Positions 1 to 11,951 of a stretch of DNA of 64,000 bases are shown piece after piece. Position numbers and translations under genes: made by a program. Below the pieces are notes generated by a model that worked only from the letters and a program-made list of their open reading frames with translations, was not told where the DNA came from and made no database searches. Location of the stretch: assembly GCA_002189035.1 (NCBI GenBank), contig NEEC01000015.1:930001-994000 (forward strand). Direction: 5' to 3'. Each line of letters starts with the position of its first letter. Position 1 is the stretch's first letter. The stretch comes from Utricularia gibba. Lineage: Eukaryota > Plantae > Magnoliophyta.

Positions 1-1915
1 AGCCAACAAGGATGAAGGCAAGAATTAGCAATATGAGACATGCTAGAAACGTTTTGCTTTGTGTGAAGTTCTTTCTAGTAGTGTTCCCATCACAGAGGCT
101 CAATCCAGAGTTCATCAATCTTTGGCTGCCTGCACTGTTTGCTTCAACGCATAGACCTTTGTTCCCTAAGAAAGCCTTGTAACCAGCCACAGCGAGGAAA
201 TAGGAGGGAACACTTCCATACAGAGAATTATCTGAAAGATCAATGGATGACAGTTTAAGTTTGTCAAAATCTTTTGGAATTGGCCCATTGAGATAATTTC
301 TTGAGAGATTCAATGAGTTGAGTGAAGCCATTTTTGATAAGGTGCTAGGAATATGACCACTGAGGGAGTTTTTGGCAAGATTCAACTCCACAAGCCGAGA
401 ACAATCGGCCAACTCTGAAGGTATTGGTCCATTGAATTCATTTTCCTCCAAATGCAGAGATGATATCTGCCTTAAAGCTCCAATTTCTAATGGGATTCTT
501 CCAGAGAAACTGTTGTTATCCAGATATATTCTTTCCAAATGCAAAAGCTTGCCGATTTCCTTTGGTAGATCTCCAGAAAGTCTGTTGTTCGACAGCATTA
601 GCTCATTCAGTTGTGCAGCAGCACCAATAGATGGTGATATTCCTCCTGCAAAATCATTGTTGCTAAAATCTAAAACTTCTAAACTTGGAAGTGACCATAC
701 CCCTTCAGGAATCACCCCTTCAAGCCTATTCAAATTGATTCTAAACCTCCGTAGAGGCTTACATTGAGCATAAGTATCTGGCAATACCCCAGAAAAATTG
801 TTCTGCAAAGCAAGCAAGAATTGCAGATTCCCATTTTGACACAAGTACTTGGGAAACGAACCAGTAAACAGGTTCTCGGAGATGTCAATGAGGTTTAAAG
901 GTGAAAAGCGGCCAAGATCTTGTGGGAATTCTCCCCAAAAGTTGTTCCTGTATATGGAGAAGTCAATAAGATGCCGCATCTCTCCAAATGCTGATGGGAT
1001 TTCCCCTGAGAAGTTGTTCTTGAACAAGTGGAACACAGTCAACTTCTTCAAATTGGCTACCTCAGGTGGGATTTTTCCATACATTTGGTTGGCAGAAATA
1101 TCAAACTCCTCCAGCAAGCTCAGGTTTGCAAGCTCAACAGGTATTTCACCAGTCAGGTTATTCTTATACAACTCAATCTTCACAAGATTCTTAAGTCTAC
1201 CTATTGAAGTTGGAAATTTCCCAGAAATCTGGTTCTTGCATATGTCCAGTGTTCCTAGTGCTTCTAAATCAAAGATAGATTCTGGAATCACTCCCCTCAA
1301 ATTGGAGCCAGCAAGATAAAGGAAGGACAACTTCTTTAACTTCCCCAGGCTTTCAGGGATTTCACCCTCATCGAAGTTATTGTCACCGAGGCTCAGCTGA
1401 ACCAGATCAGTCAAGTTTCCAACCCAACTTGGGAATGGCCCAGTAAACTCATTATCCGCCAAATCAAGAATCTCAAGCCTTTTAACACCAGAAAAATCTG
1501 GAATGCTGCCATTCAAGTAATTATTAGAAACGTTCAAAACTCGAAGATTTATGCAGTTGCTAAGTACAACTGGTAGACTTCCTGAAAGAAGATTTTCTGG
1601 CAATACCAGCGAAGTAAGACTCTCCAGCACAGAAAGTGAAGGTGAAATCACGCCTGAAAGGGACTTATTGTCGAGAGAGATTTCGACTACAAGTCCAGTT
1701 GTTTTATCGCAAACAACCCCATAGAATTGGCAAGGAGAGCTGGCATCTTTCCAGGATTCCAAGTAGTTCAAAGGATCAACAATCTGTTTCTTGAATTCTA
1801 ACAAAGCATCTGCCTCTTGTTTAAGACCAGAGCATACCTGGGTAACATAACAGAGAATCAACAAGATGGTAAGAAGAATCTGGATGGCAATCGGCTTTCT
1901 TGAGGGTGCTTCCAT
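1..1915 (-). CDS. CEPR2: LRR receptor-like kinase, subfamily XI (CEPR2-like); 5' part only, kinase domain lies beyond the left edge
   Basis: Open frame from ATG 1915 to the window edge, absent from the ORF track because it has no stop. Signal peptide MEAPSRKPIAIQILLTILLIL, LRRNT (SWKDASSPCQFYGVVC), about 20 plant LRRs (LxLxxNxLxGxIP), KYLCQNGNLQFLLALQNNFSG, and a TM helix TFLACLILLILAFILVG at about 2-52. Identity is by recalled similarity to Arabidopsis CEPR2. Confidence 0.92.
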   Translation of the reverse strand, partial: MEAPSRKPIAIQILLTILLILCYVTQVCSGLKQEADALLEFKKQIVDPLNYLESWKDASSPCQFYGVVCDKTTGLVVEISLDNKSLSGVISPSLSVLESLTSLVLPENLLSGSLPVVLSNCINLRVLNVSNNYLNGSIPDFSGVKRLEILDLADNEFTGPFPSWVGNLTDLVQLSLGDNNFDEGEIPESLGKLKKLSFLYLAGSNLRGVIPESIFDLEALGTLDICKNQISGKFPTSIGRLKNLVKIELYKNNLTGEIPVELANLSLLEEFDISANQMYGKIPPEVANLKKLTVFHLFKNNFSGEIPSAFGEMRHLIDFSIYRNNFWGEFPQDLGRFSPLNLIDISENLFTGSFPKYLCQNGNLQFLLALQNNFSGVLPDTYAQCKPLRRFRINLNRLEGVIPEGVWSLPSLEVLDFSNNDFAGGISPSIGAAAQLNELMLSNNRLSGDLPKEIGKLLHLERIYLDNNSFSGRIPLEIGALRQISSLHLEENEFNGPIPSELADCSRLVELNLAKNSLSGHIPSTLSKMASLNSLNLSRNYLNGPIPKDFDKLKLSSIDLSDNSLYGSVPSYFLAVAGYKAFLGNKGLCVEANSAGSQRLMNSGLSLCDGNTTRKNFTQSKTFLACLILLILAFILVG

Positions 1916-4011
1916 TATGCAATTATTGGGACAAGTCAAGTCTCTCTTCATAAGTTTGAAAATCCAGACTTGATACAATTGTCACGCGTCCATGCTTGAC
2001 AGAGTACGATAAACACTAGCAGCACCCGACAGAGTCTGCAGTCTGCACCACATAAATGGGTGTAAAACAATAGAATACGCAATAAAGTTGCAGTGCAAGA
2101 TAAGAATGAAGATAGCAGACTATAGATATAAAAGCATCAACTTTTAAACCATCAAAGCAAACGGAATAGCAGCAAAACTTGAAATCTATAAAGCTCAAAC
2201 TTTCTCTTACCAAGAAGAAGGGATCCCAGTTAACCTTAAATCTCCCAACATTTGGTTCCAAGCACCAAGCAGCAGCTTCAAATTACATATCTAGACCACC
2301 AGGAAGAAGCGAACAAAACACAATGAGCGGAATCCCTCACACCCAACAACTAACAGAAAAAGAATGGCATTCAATATAATGCGGATGAACGAGACACAGA
2401 AGAAGACGAAATGATGGTGCATCAATGACGTTTTTTTTTTCTTTTTGGTTCATTGAACTCGGGGACCGATGCAAGTGGGTATTGATGATGATGAAAGGAC
2501 GGAGGGCCAGGGCAAGAGAAGATAAGCCGTAGCACACCGACGGCAACGCATCACGATTTCCATTAACTTCAATCATCACGAGCGCAAAGCCCACACATGT
2601 TGCAGTGTAGGACCTCACAAAGCAAAAAGACGAGGCCGACAATTTTGTCTTTGGACGGATTCCAAAAGCATAAACACAACTTAAAATTTTGTGCTTTCGT
2701 TTCCAGTAGCCGCCAATTGACAGTTTCCCGGCGAGTTTGCCTTATCTCCGTCCAGCCCTCCACGTCTTCCTCCCCGTTTCCACATTCTTCAGTTGAAAAG
2801 CCACCAACCAGTACCCCCTTCGCCCCGCTTACTACAATCATGCGCTTGTCTTTCCTCTTTCAACCAGCCTTACGATCCAGAATTCGATTCGTATAATGTT
2901 AATACATCGAATCTTAAATATGGGTAATTACTTCATTTAAAAACAATAAATTATTATAAATTATTTGAGAATGAGTTTAAAATACCTAATAAAAAAATCC
3001 CTCGAAATAAATGATGGTATTACAAAGTCAGCATTCCCATAATCATGTGGGGTTCACTGGTGGGTGAGAATATCTGGTCTTAATATGCAAAAAAAAGGAT
3101 AAAACGAAATACATTTATGATTTTGTTTGGAATATTCCAAAAATATATATTTATATTTATATTTAATATTGCACAAAAGTAACTAAATTGGAAAGTGAGC
3201 ACATGCATATAGTCGTCAAGTCCAATACACGTTTTATTTAAAAACTATGCAATAAACATTCTTAGGACCTTGAATATAACTTAATTAATAATGTAATATT
3301 TTTTAATTTTATTTAGCATTGTTCGGTTAAATTAATATTTAAACTATTTTCATATTAATTATATTTATAGATCAGATACCTGTATTATTTTTATATTATT
3401 ACTACCCAATTTTGTAAACATTTTGTATATTAAAAAGTAAATAAAGCACAAAATTGTACGAATTTAAATATATGATATATAATGCAATAAATAGGATGAC
3501 TCATGTATTAAATTGTAGGTAATTAATGGGACCCATTTGACAACCAATAGAATAGCTCCCACCAAAGTACTTCATGATTTAAAAAAATCCAGCCATCACT
3601 TGCAAGGGGTACAAATTGAAAGTGTAGTATATGATGATCAGCATGATATGTGTACTTTATTGTATTTAAAGAAAAACAGCTTATCATGGCAAGGACTAAG
3701 TTCATCCTTTTTTGGGAGATTTTTGTTAATTCTAGATATTTAGTAAAATATGTTAATTAATTTTTTTATGTTTAATTAAAATAAAAGTTGCACATGTGTG
3801 ATAATGCCTAGAGACGTTGCCCACAAAACAAGCTTATGATGATAAACTATGATTGGTTTATTTTTCCCCGTGACACTTTAACATTAGAAAATAATTTCGA
3901 TATAAAATGGGGTCCCACATTTAGGCAAGGACTAAGTCTCACAAACCCCCACCGTACGTAGACACGTCCATTGAGACCTTATCCAACGAACGGAGGAAAT
4001 AATACACCCCA

Positions 4012-4062
4012 TAAGAGCATCTTTACCAGTTTCCGGAAATGCTGACGTGGCATTTTCGGAAA
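4012..4062. mobile_element. Possible degenerate MITE remnant (Tourist/PIF-like end plus internal inverted repeat)
   Basis: TAAGAGCATCT at 4012-4022 resembles a Tourist-type terminus. A 13-bp inverted repeat with 1 mismatch (4030-4042 / 4050-4062) flanks TGACGTG. No partner TIR was found. Confidence 0.25.
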
Positions 4063-5820
4063 TGGGAAAATGTTTTTGGAAACCACTACACTAGTTTTTA
4101 ATTTTTTACGGAAACGAAATGAGTAAATTTGGTTTTCTTTCGTAAATCGTTTAAAATATAATTTATACTATTTATTTTAATGTTATTTTAATATTATGAT
4201 TTCTAAAAATTGATACAAAGTTAAAGAAAACTTAATAAAGAAAACCCAATAACTCAATTTCGGAAATATCAAGTCATCATTTTTGGATATTGATAAAGAT
4301 GGTATAATGATGTGGCTTGCTCATCCCTCCAAGTCCGCCCAATCAACCTATAATTGACAAGAACTCAAGCCCAACTAACTATTTTTCAAGGCATGCTTAA
4401 TGGGCCAACAAGTTCGATATGCAACTTCAATTCCATATTGAACTTGAGAAGTTTGAATGAATTGGACAATGGTGAATTATAAGATAAGAATTAAATAGTA
4501 TTCATAAAAGAATATTTTTTTATATCAAATATGATTTTTCATATTAGATTTTTAAAATATAAAAAATCATAGTAATAATCTATCAAAATAGTTCCAGTCC
4601 ATGCATATGAAGTCTCATATCGTTTAGTTGAGTTTGGAATTCTCGCAATTTTAATCAAAATAACAACTTCAACCACATATATATTTTCATAAAATTTAGA
4701 TTTTTTTCTGTAATCTTAAAAAAATATTTATATTTTCTATCGTTTTTTAATCATATAAATTCAAAACATGAAGTGATTCTAAGTCAATTTTAAAAAGAGA
4801 AATTTTTTGCAGCATCGTCACAGATCCATTAGATGTATACATCATCAATTAATTAATAAATGTATTTATTTTTTTGGTGGTTGAGTTATCACACAATTGT
4901 CGTTTGTTAGGTCAGAGGAAAGCATATGCCCCCAACAACCATCAGCAGTCACCATCATTAGGTTTGATTTTTTTGTTTTTTTCACATATATTATTATTCT
5001 TTAAAATTAACTATCATTATCCATTAGTATCAAATAATCATCTATTAGTCTATTGGGTATTCGATACCATTTCCATAACCAATACGTGGTATTGAATATT
5101 GAAATTTCCATAAAATTTAATATCATTGTTTATTCGAAATCTATTTCAAAATATAGAATAAAATCATAAATGTGTAGATAAATATCAGATAATAATAAAA
5201 AATAATTTCGAAAGTATTACTACAAAAACAACTTTAAACTTATCTAAAAACGTAAGAAAACAAGTGTGTACAAGAGCATAGAAAATATGTAATTAACACT
5301 ACTAATCGTAAAAAAATATTAAATATTTAAAAAATTCTAATTTTACAAGATGATAATAATCATTTTTTGACTTAAAATTGTTAAAAACTATATGCTATCA
5401 TTAACATAAAATCATTTTTCGAATTCCAATCATCTGAGGAATAGTTTATCATATTTCAACAGATCGCTTCGAAGCGAACTTTGTAAGGTATTCTTCAATT
5501 ATAATTATTTCGATATAGTTATTGATAGTTTTAAAATAAGATATAAAAAAAAGATTAATGGCCAATATATAAATAATACTTTTTAATATTTACAATCTTG
5601 TTATCATTTTAAAATTTCAATATTTTAAATAAATAGAATTTTTAATTTGTAGTAAATGTTGAGTATTGAAAATTTATGATTTTAAATATTATTTTCAGTT
5701 ATTGAATAATAAATATCAAAATAATACAAATGAATATATTATTAATAAAATGTCTACATAAAATGGTGCAAGGATCAGTTATCCTTCGAAAATGTAGGTG
5801 CGTTATTAATAATTAATACT

Positions 5821-5968
5821 CCTATGTTAACATAGGGGTGATTTAGAAATCTGGCCACTGTCATCGGACTGTGTGAGAAATCTGGCCAGCCAACGTGAAA
5901 AAAAATGTTGTTAGTATGTCTGTAAATCACTACATCACTCCTCTGGTTGGCCGTCCTCTATTATAAAG
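5821..5968 (+). promoter_or_regulatory. Putative invertase core promoter
   Basis: Palindrome at 5821-5836, 13-bp direct repeat at 5845/5876, TATA-like TATTATAAA at about 5958-5966, then a pyrimidine-rich 5'UTR. Confidence 0.5.
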
Positions 5969-6300
5969 CTAACCGCAGGGGCTATGTTTTCCTTTTCCTT
6001 CTCTTCGCCGGTTTCGCGACCTTTCCTCCGGCCGTCCTCCGCCCCGGCGAATCTCGATTTCTTTTGTTTTCTTTGGTACTATCCATTTTTCCCGATTCAT
6101 AAAAGATTGTACGTTTATGGACCACACTCACAAGCAGTGAAGTCTGGATCCCTCACTGAATCTTGTTCTTTTCCATCCTTTCTCGCTTGCATTTCCCTTT
6201 TTTTATGTTCTTCTGATCATTCTCTCGTGTTTTATAGCTTCATTGTATCCGGATCTTGTCTAGTTTGGTACGTGTTTCTGTTGATTCATTGTGGCTGGTG

Positions 6301-6323
6301 CTTCTTCTTCTTCTTCTTCTTCT
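6301..6323 (+). repeat. (CTT)n microsatellite in the invertase 5' leader/intron
   Basis: About 7 CTT units are directly visible. Confidence 0.9.
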
Positions 6324-6669
6324 TAATTTGTGTGTGCTCAGCGGGATTCGGTTTATAGAGTTTAGATTTCTCTACTAAGGATATATTGCTACCATCTGTT
6401 TTGAATGAGTTTCTTCGATGCGTTATCTAATGCATCACCGGATGTGGCCTTTGCTTAGGGTCAATTTTTGTTGGAATAAGTATTAGGCTGTATGCTGTAT
6501 TTGTAAGTAAAAAATTATTTATGTTGTGTATTGAATGTCGTGTGTTCTCCTTAAAGTTGTATCTCTTATGCTCATGGTATGCATTTGAATTTCAAATGTG
6601 TCATTATGCCCTCAACACAAAATGCTCGTTTTGGTGTAGATCGTATTGTTTTGGATCATCATATGCTGA

Positions 6670-8626
6670 ATGGATAATTTTAAGAGTGCTGGTGGTTTCG
6701 GGGGTGGAATGGATGCACCAAAGGGATTGGGGCTTAGAAATGTGAGCTCCCATTGCTCACTGTCAGAAATGGATGATTTTGATTTCTCGAAGCTGCATGA
6801 TAGGCCAAGGTTGAATATTGACAGGCAGAGATCATTTGATGAGAGATCTCTTAGTGAACTATCAATTGGTTTTCCCAGAGGGTTGGATATGTACGAGGGT
6901 GTATATTCACCTGGTAGATCAGGATTCGACACCCCTGCATCATCTACGAGGAATTCATTTGAACCACATCCTATGGTTGCAGAGGCCTGGGAAGCCCTCC
7001 GCCGGTCTATGGTGTACTTTCGTGGCCAGCCAGTTGGCACAATTGCCGCTTATGATCATGCTTCTGAGGAGGTCTTAAATTATGATCAGGTAAAACCTAT
7101 TGTTCTGGAACTGGGTGTTGGCTTTGATGGGTAGTATTTTATCAGATTTGAAATGTTAGCTGATATTTCCTCTGATGGCAGGTCTTTGTCCGAGATTTTT
7201 TTCCGAGTGCACTGGCCTTCTTGATGAACGGTGAGTCAGATATCGTAAAGAATTTCCTGATGAAGACTCTTCAGCTTCAGGGGTGGGAAAAAAGGTTGAT
7301 AGATTCAAGCTTGGAGAGGGTGCCATGCCTGCCAGTTTCAAGGTGCTCCATGATCCAGTTCGCAAGACAGACAGTATAATAGCAGATTTTGGAGAAAGTG
7401 CTATTGGTAGAGTGGCCCCTGTTGATTCTGGCTTTTGGTGGATAATCCTACTTCGGGCTTATACAAAGTCAACTGGTGACTTAACTCTGTCTGAAACACC
7501 TGAGTGTCAAAAGGGGATGAGACTTATTCTGAGCTTGTGTCTTTCAGAAGGTTTTGACACATTTCCTACTTTGCTCTGTGCTGATGGTTGCTCCATGATT
7601 GATCGTCGGATGGTGAGGTGCATTGCGCCTTTTTTTTTTTTTATTGAACATTGTTTGTATTATTGATAATTTCCGGTCTGTTGTTTTTTCAGGGAGTTTA
7701 TGGTTATCCCATTGAGATCCAAGCCCTCTTTTTCATGGCATTGAGATCTGCACTTGCTATGCTGAAACATGATGCTGAAGGGAAAGAGTTTGTTGAGAGA
7801 ATTGTGAAGCGCCTTCATGCTTTGAGTTACCACATGAGGAGTTATTTTTGGATCGACTTTCAGCAACTAAACGACATATATCGGTACAAAACTGAGGAAT
7901 ACTCCCACACAGCAGTTAACAAATTCAACGTGATCCCTGATTCTATCCCCGATTGGGTGTTTGACTTCATGCCAACTCGTGGTGGCTATTTTGTTGGAAA
8001 TGTGAGCCCGGCGAGAATGGATTTCAGATGGTTTGCTTTAGGTAACTGTGTTGCCATATTGTCATGTCTTGCAACTGCTGAGCAAGCTTCTGCTATCATG
8101 GACCTTATCGAGGCAAGGTGGGAGGAACTCGTTGGAGAAATGCCATTAAAAATATGCTATCCTGCTATTGAAAACCATGAGTGGCGGATCGTAACTGGTT
8201 GTGATCCAAAGAACACACGATGGAGTTATCACAACGGGGGCTCTTGGCCAGGTCCTCATCCTTCTTTCTCATTCACCCTCCATGTTTCCCTTGAAATTTC
8301 CAGTGACTGATACTACGTGCCACCGTGCAGTGCTTTTATGGCTAGTGACGGCTGCTTGCATAAAAACTGGACGGCCTCAAATTGCACGGCGGGCCATCGA
8401 TCTTGCAGAGAGCCGTCTGCTAAAGGACAGTTGGCCTGAGTACTACGATGGTAAGCTTGGACGATACATCGGGAAGCAGGCTCGAAAATTCCAGACATGG
8501 TCCATCGCAGGATATCTAGTGGCGAAGATGATGCTCGAGGATCCTTCCCATTTAGGCATGATATCCCTGGAGGAAGACAAGAAAATGAAGCCCCTCATCA
8601 AAAGATCCTCATCCTGGACCTGCTAA
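6670..8626 (+). CDS. CINV: Cytosolic alkaline/neutral invertase (GH100), 4 exons: 6670-7089, 7182-7612, 7693-8251, 8331-8626
   Basis: [67 protein letters not shown]-terminus [12 protein letters not shown] introns. One 1-nt deletion at 7288-7295. Confidence 0.96.
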
Positions 8627-9419
8627 GGGAATCAGATGTGAGTCCCATTGTTATCATTCATCATTAAAATAAGTTGAGCCAGAACAACCTCGATCATTTT
8701 CAACCTCTTTCTTCCTTGTTTTTTTCCACCTAATCTCTTTAGACCAACTCCAGCATCTCCTCCTCAACAAGCATCCCCACTTCAGCTTCCCACTGCTGCA
8801 GCACACCATGGAAGTTGCTCTTCTTTTCCTTTCTTATTGTCGTTATTGTGCTCAAGGGACTCTTCATCTCGTCCATTCCATTGCATTTTGATTTGAAAAA
8901 CCATGCTTTTAGTTCCCCAAGTGTTAGCTATCTCCATGATTGATTATTGCAGAGATAGGGCCAGTAAACGAATGGTGTCTGTGCTGAGATGTATCCATTA
9001 GCCTGTTGCTTGCTTTATTTTTAAAGGGACTTGGGATATTTACCTTTTGGCTGGTGAGAATGACATCTCATCCTCTAACAAGCATTGTGTGCAGGTAGGG
9101 AGGTGTTAGCAGTAGAACCAGTAAAAGTTTACTGCCTAATGAATTGTATGTAAATGAAGGTTTGTGTGCATGTTGCAGTGATTTGTAAGAAAGTGAGGAG
9201 GTTGGTGAGCTGTTTTCACAGTGGTTGGTGTGGTGCTGCCGTGTCCGTACGTTTATTTGTTTTTTTAATAATATTAATAATAAATATAGGGATTTTTAAA
9301 TAATGAATTTAAAAAAGAAATAATCCAGTTGTTTTATCATCACCCCCTTCCTTTCTTCCCTCCGAATCCAGCACCACCACCACCCACTGATTCTCCTGTC
9401 TGTTAATCAAAATCAGTAA

Positions 9420-9443
9420 CCCTAACCCTAACCCTAACCCTAA
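9420..9443 (+). repeat. (CCCTAA)4 telomere-like / telo-box array upstream of the TCP gene
   Basis: Four perfect CCCTAA units are directly visible. Confidence 0.9.
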
Positions 9444-9482
9444 GGCCCAATCACAGGGTTGCTAGTGGTGCTGAGCCTTCCG

Positions 9483-10481
9483 ATGAACAGTAGAGGTCAA
9501 GATGACCCCCTCGTGGTCCATTTATGGGCTCCATCACCGTCTCCATGGACCAATCACTGAACTCTGCGCCTCACAAATCATCGTCGTCTTCTTCTTCTTC
9601 TCCCTCCATCATGAGCAACACCAAGGATACCGGTATAATCACCGAGAACAAGCCTCCGCCTAAGAAGCCTTCAAAGGACCGCCACACGAAAGTCGATGGG
9701 CGGGGGCGGCGGATTCGGATGCCGGCGTTATGCGCTGCGCGTGTTTTTCAGCTCACCAGAGAACTGGGTCACAAATCTGACGGCGAGACGATTGAGTGGT
9801 TGTTGCAGCAGGCCGAGCCGGCTATCATCGCCGCCACTGGGACGGGTTCCATCCCCGCCAATTTCTCCACTCTTAATTTGTCGCTACGGAGCACGGCGGC
9901 CGCTACCATCTCGGCTCCTTCCTCGAAATCTTCCCCCTTTTCGCCTGGATTGCTAGGGTTCCACAATTTCGGGCAACATCCTGATGATAATTACCTGAAG
10001 AAACGCCTCAGGGAAGACGACGACGAGGCTTCCCCCAAACCAAACGAGCCCGGATCCGAAATTAAATCCGCCGCTCAATCGTCTTCCAATTTCATCCCGG
10101 GTCACGCCTTGTGGGCTGTCCCGAACATTGGCGGAGGAAACGCCTTCTGGATGCTTCCGGTCACCGGAGGAGTCACGGGGACAGTCGAGCAGCAGCAAGA
10201 TTGGGGGTACAAGACATCAAGAATGGGGGATTTGGGTTCCCCAGGGGCGGAAGAGTTCAATTGGGTGGTTCAGTGGTCCAGCAGCAAGGCGGGTGGGGCG
10301 CGGGTGAAGCAGGGGAGCAGGCACCACCACCAACATGGGAATGTTGGGATCCATCAATCCGTACAACAGCGGTAACAGTAGAATTGATCTGGGTATGAAT
10401 TTGTTGGACCACAACAATCAGCCGAACAACAGTGACAGCGGTGGCGAGGAAGACGAAGACGAGCCAAAGGAATCTCAATGA
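9483..10481 (+). CDS. Class I TCP transcription factor (TCP8/22/23 clade), intronless, split across frames by 2-3 single-base indels
   Basis: TCP domain [49 protein letters not shown] and an FWMLPV motif. The clade-typical C-terminus ([10 protein letters not shown]...[11 protein letters not shown]...[15 protein letters not shown]) lies in other frames and ends at TGA 10479-10481. Start is 9524 or 9483. Confidence 0.92.
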
Positions 10482-11951
10482 GTTACAGCATTTCTTTCAT
10501 GAATCCTACCCTTTTCTGCTCCTTAGATTGTGTGTAAATGTGCGACTACTACTACTATGCATCTGGGTCTGCTCCAAGTTTGAAGAATTCTTCGAAAGAC
10601 ACCATTTTTAGTATGAAAGTTTCAGTGCACACCATATCCTCATCTCAGTCACCGATTTCAGAAAGATGGATAGTTTTCATTTTCACTGTTTTGATTTACA
10701 TGGCTTGGGTGACACACGGAAGGTGATTGGCAAGCAGGCAAAGGCTTTGACTTGTGCAATTGCTGTGCTTTTCTTTCATGGATTGCATAGCAGAAAGGGG
10801 TCCCGGTGATCTTATCTGGTGAGGAGGAGGAGCATTAATGGAATGCCGACACTTTTACTTTTACCCACTCTCACCTCACTGTCAGTGAAAGTTTTTGGAA
10901 ACAGAAAACGCAGCACAGTAAAAGGAAGACGCTTTTCTTTTCTTTTTTCTTTTTTGATTTTGAGGTGAAAATGTCTCAGTGATAAGTCTGTGCTGCTGCT
11001 TCTGCTCACTAATCAGGACTCCAAAGTAAACTATTTGGGGAATGTTTGTTTTCAACTCTAATTTTACATTTTACCTTTAACCATCTTGGGATCCGCTTTT
11101 CATGTCAGCTATAAATCACATTTTGGCATCTCTGAACTTCATTTGCAAGGAGGATCAGATCTGGGCTGGGGAGATTCTGAACCTGATGAACCACCGGAAT
11201 GGCTATAGATTAACCTCAAAATTTCATGGCTACATGCCTACTACCCTTCTTTCATCGCCAAGTGGACAGGTTTCATGGAGGCAGGCCATCAGCGGCAGTA
11301 AATATTCGAAACCTTGAAGAATGGGAATATTATTCACCATAGAAACCCCTATGGAGATGGAACAAAATCCGGTTTCTATTCTCAAGTATATTCTGGAGAA
11401 GTGTGTGGTGCTACGCTTCCGCACCAAAAAAATGTGCATATTTACCAAAAACAACCACATATTCCCGAGATCAGATTCCCAATAACTCAAGTAAACTACT
11501 AAATTCTAACCTGCGTGCAGCACAGGGCACATGGTTGTTCTCGGCCTCAGGAATATATCTCAGCGAGCTGGAGAATCCTGCTATATAAACAACGAATATT
11601 TCTCTGTATATCAATGAGTTTGGGAGACACAGCATAAGTTTCTATTGGGTCAACTGAATCCAACAAATGCCAGTCATCAAATGTAGTTGTATGGTAACTC
11701 AGAGGATCTACGGCGTGGTAACAATTCACCAGCCCATATAGGAATGGTGATGGCCCTAGCAAAACAAAGAGATAAACAGCATGCATGGACTTATTAGATT
11801 AAACTCGTGATGGAGTTGTGATTCGTCATAACCACATGGTTCATCAGAAAGAAAACACTTCAAACACATTGAAGATGCCCAGCATCAAACACTAAGTTCA
11901 ACACATTGAACCATTTGAAGCAACCCATGCTATTCGAGAACTGGGGAAGAA

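Noticed and set aside
372-1319. Plus-strand ORFs of 131 and 156 aa
   Set aside because: Antisense shadows of the LRR-RLK; LRR coding sequence commonly leaves the opposite strand open.
3909-3921. GTCCCACAT resembling the snRNA/Pol III USE element
   Set aside because: No TATA at the required spacing and no snRNA, U3, MRP or telomerase-RNA sequence follows. More likely a TCP site.
5984-6358. 124-aa F/S/L-rich ORF upstream of invertase
   Set aside because: Translation of a pyrimidine-rich 5'UTR and intron. The ATG is only about 20 nt from the TATA box.
7285-7295. Programmed -1 ribosomal frameshifting as an explanation for the frameshifts (e.g. GGGAAAA in invertase)
   Set aside because: The heptamer is not in X XXY YYZ register, I saw no downstream stimulatory structure, and shifts go in both directions in unrelated genes. 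Sequencing error is more parsimonious.
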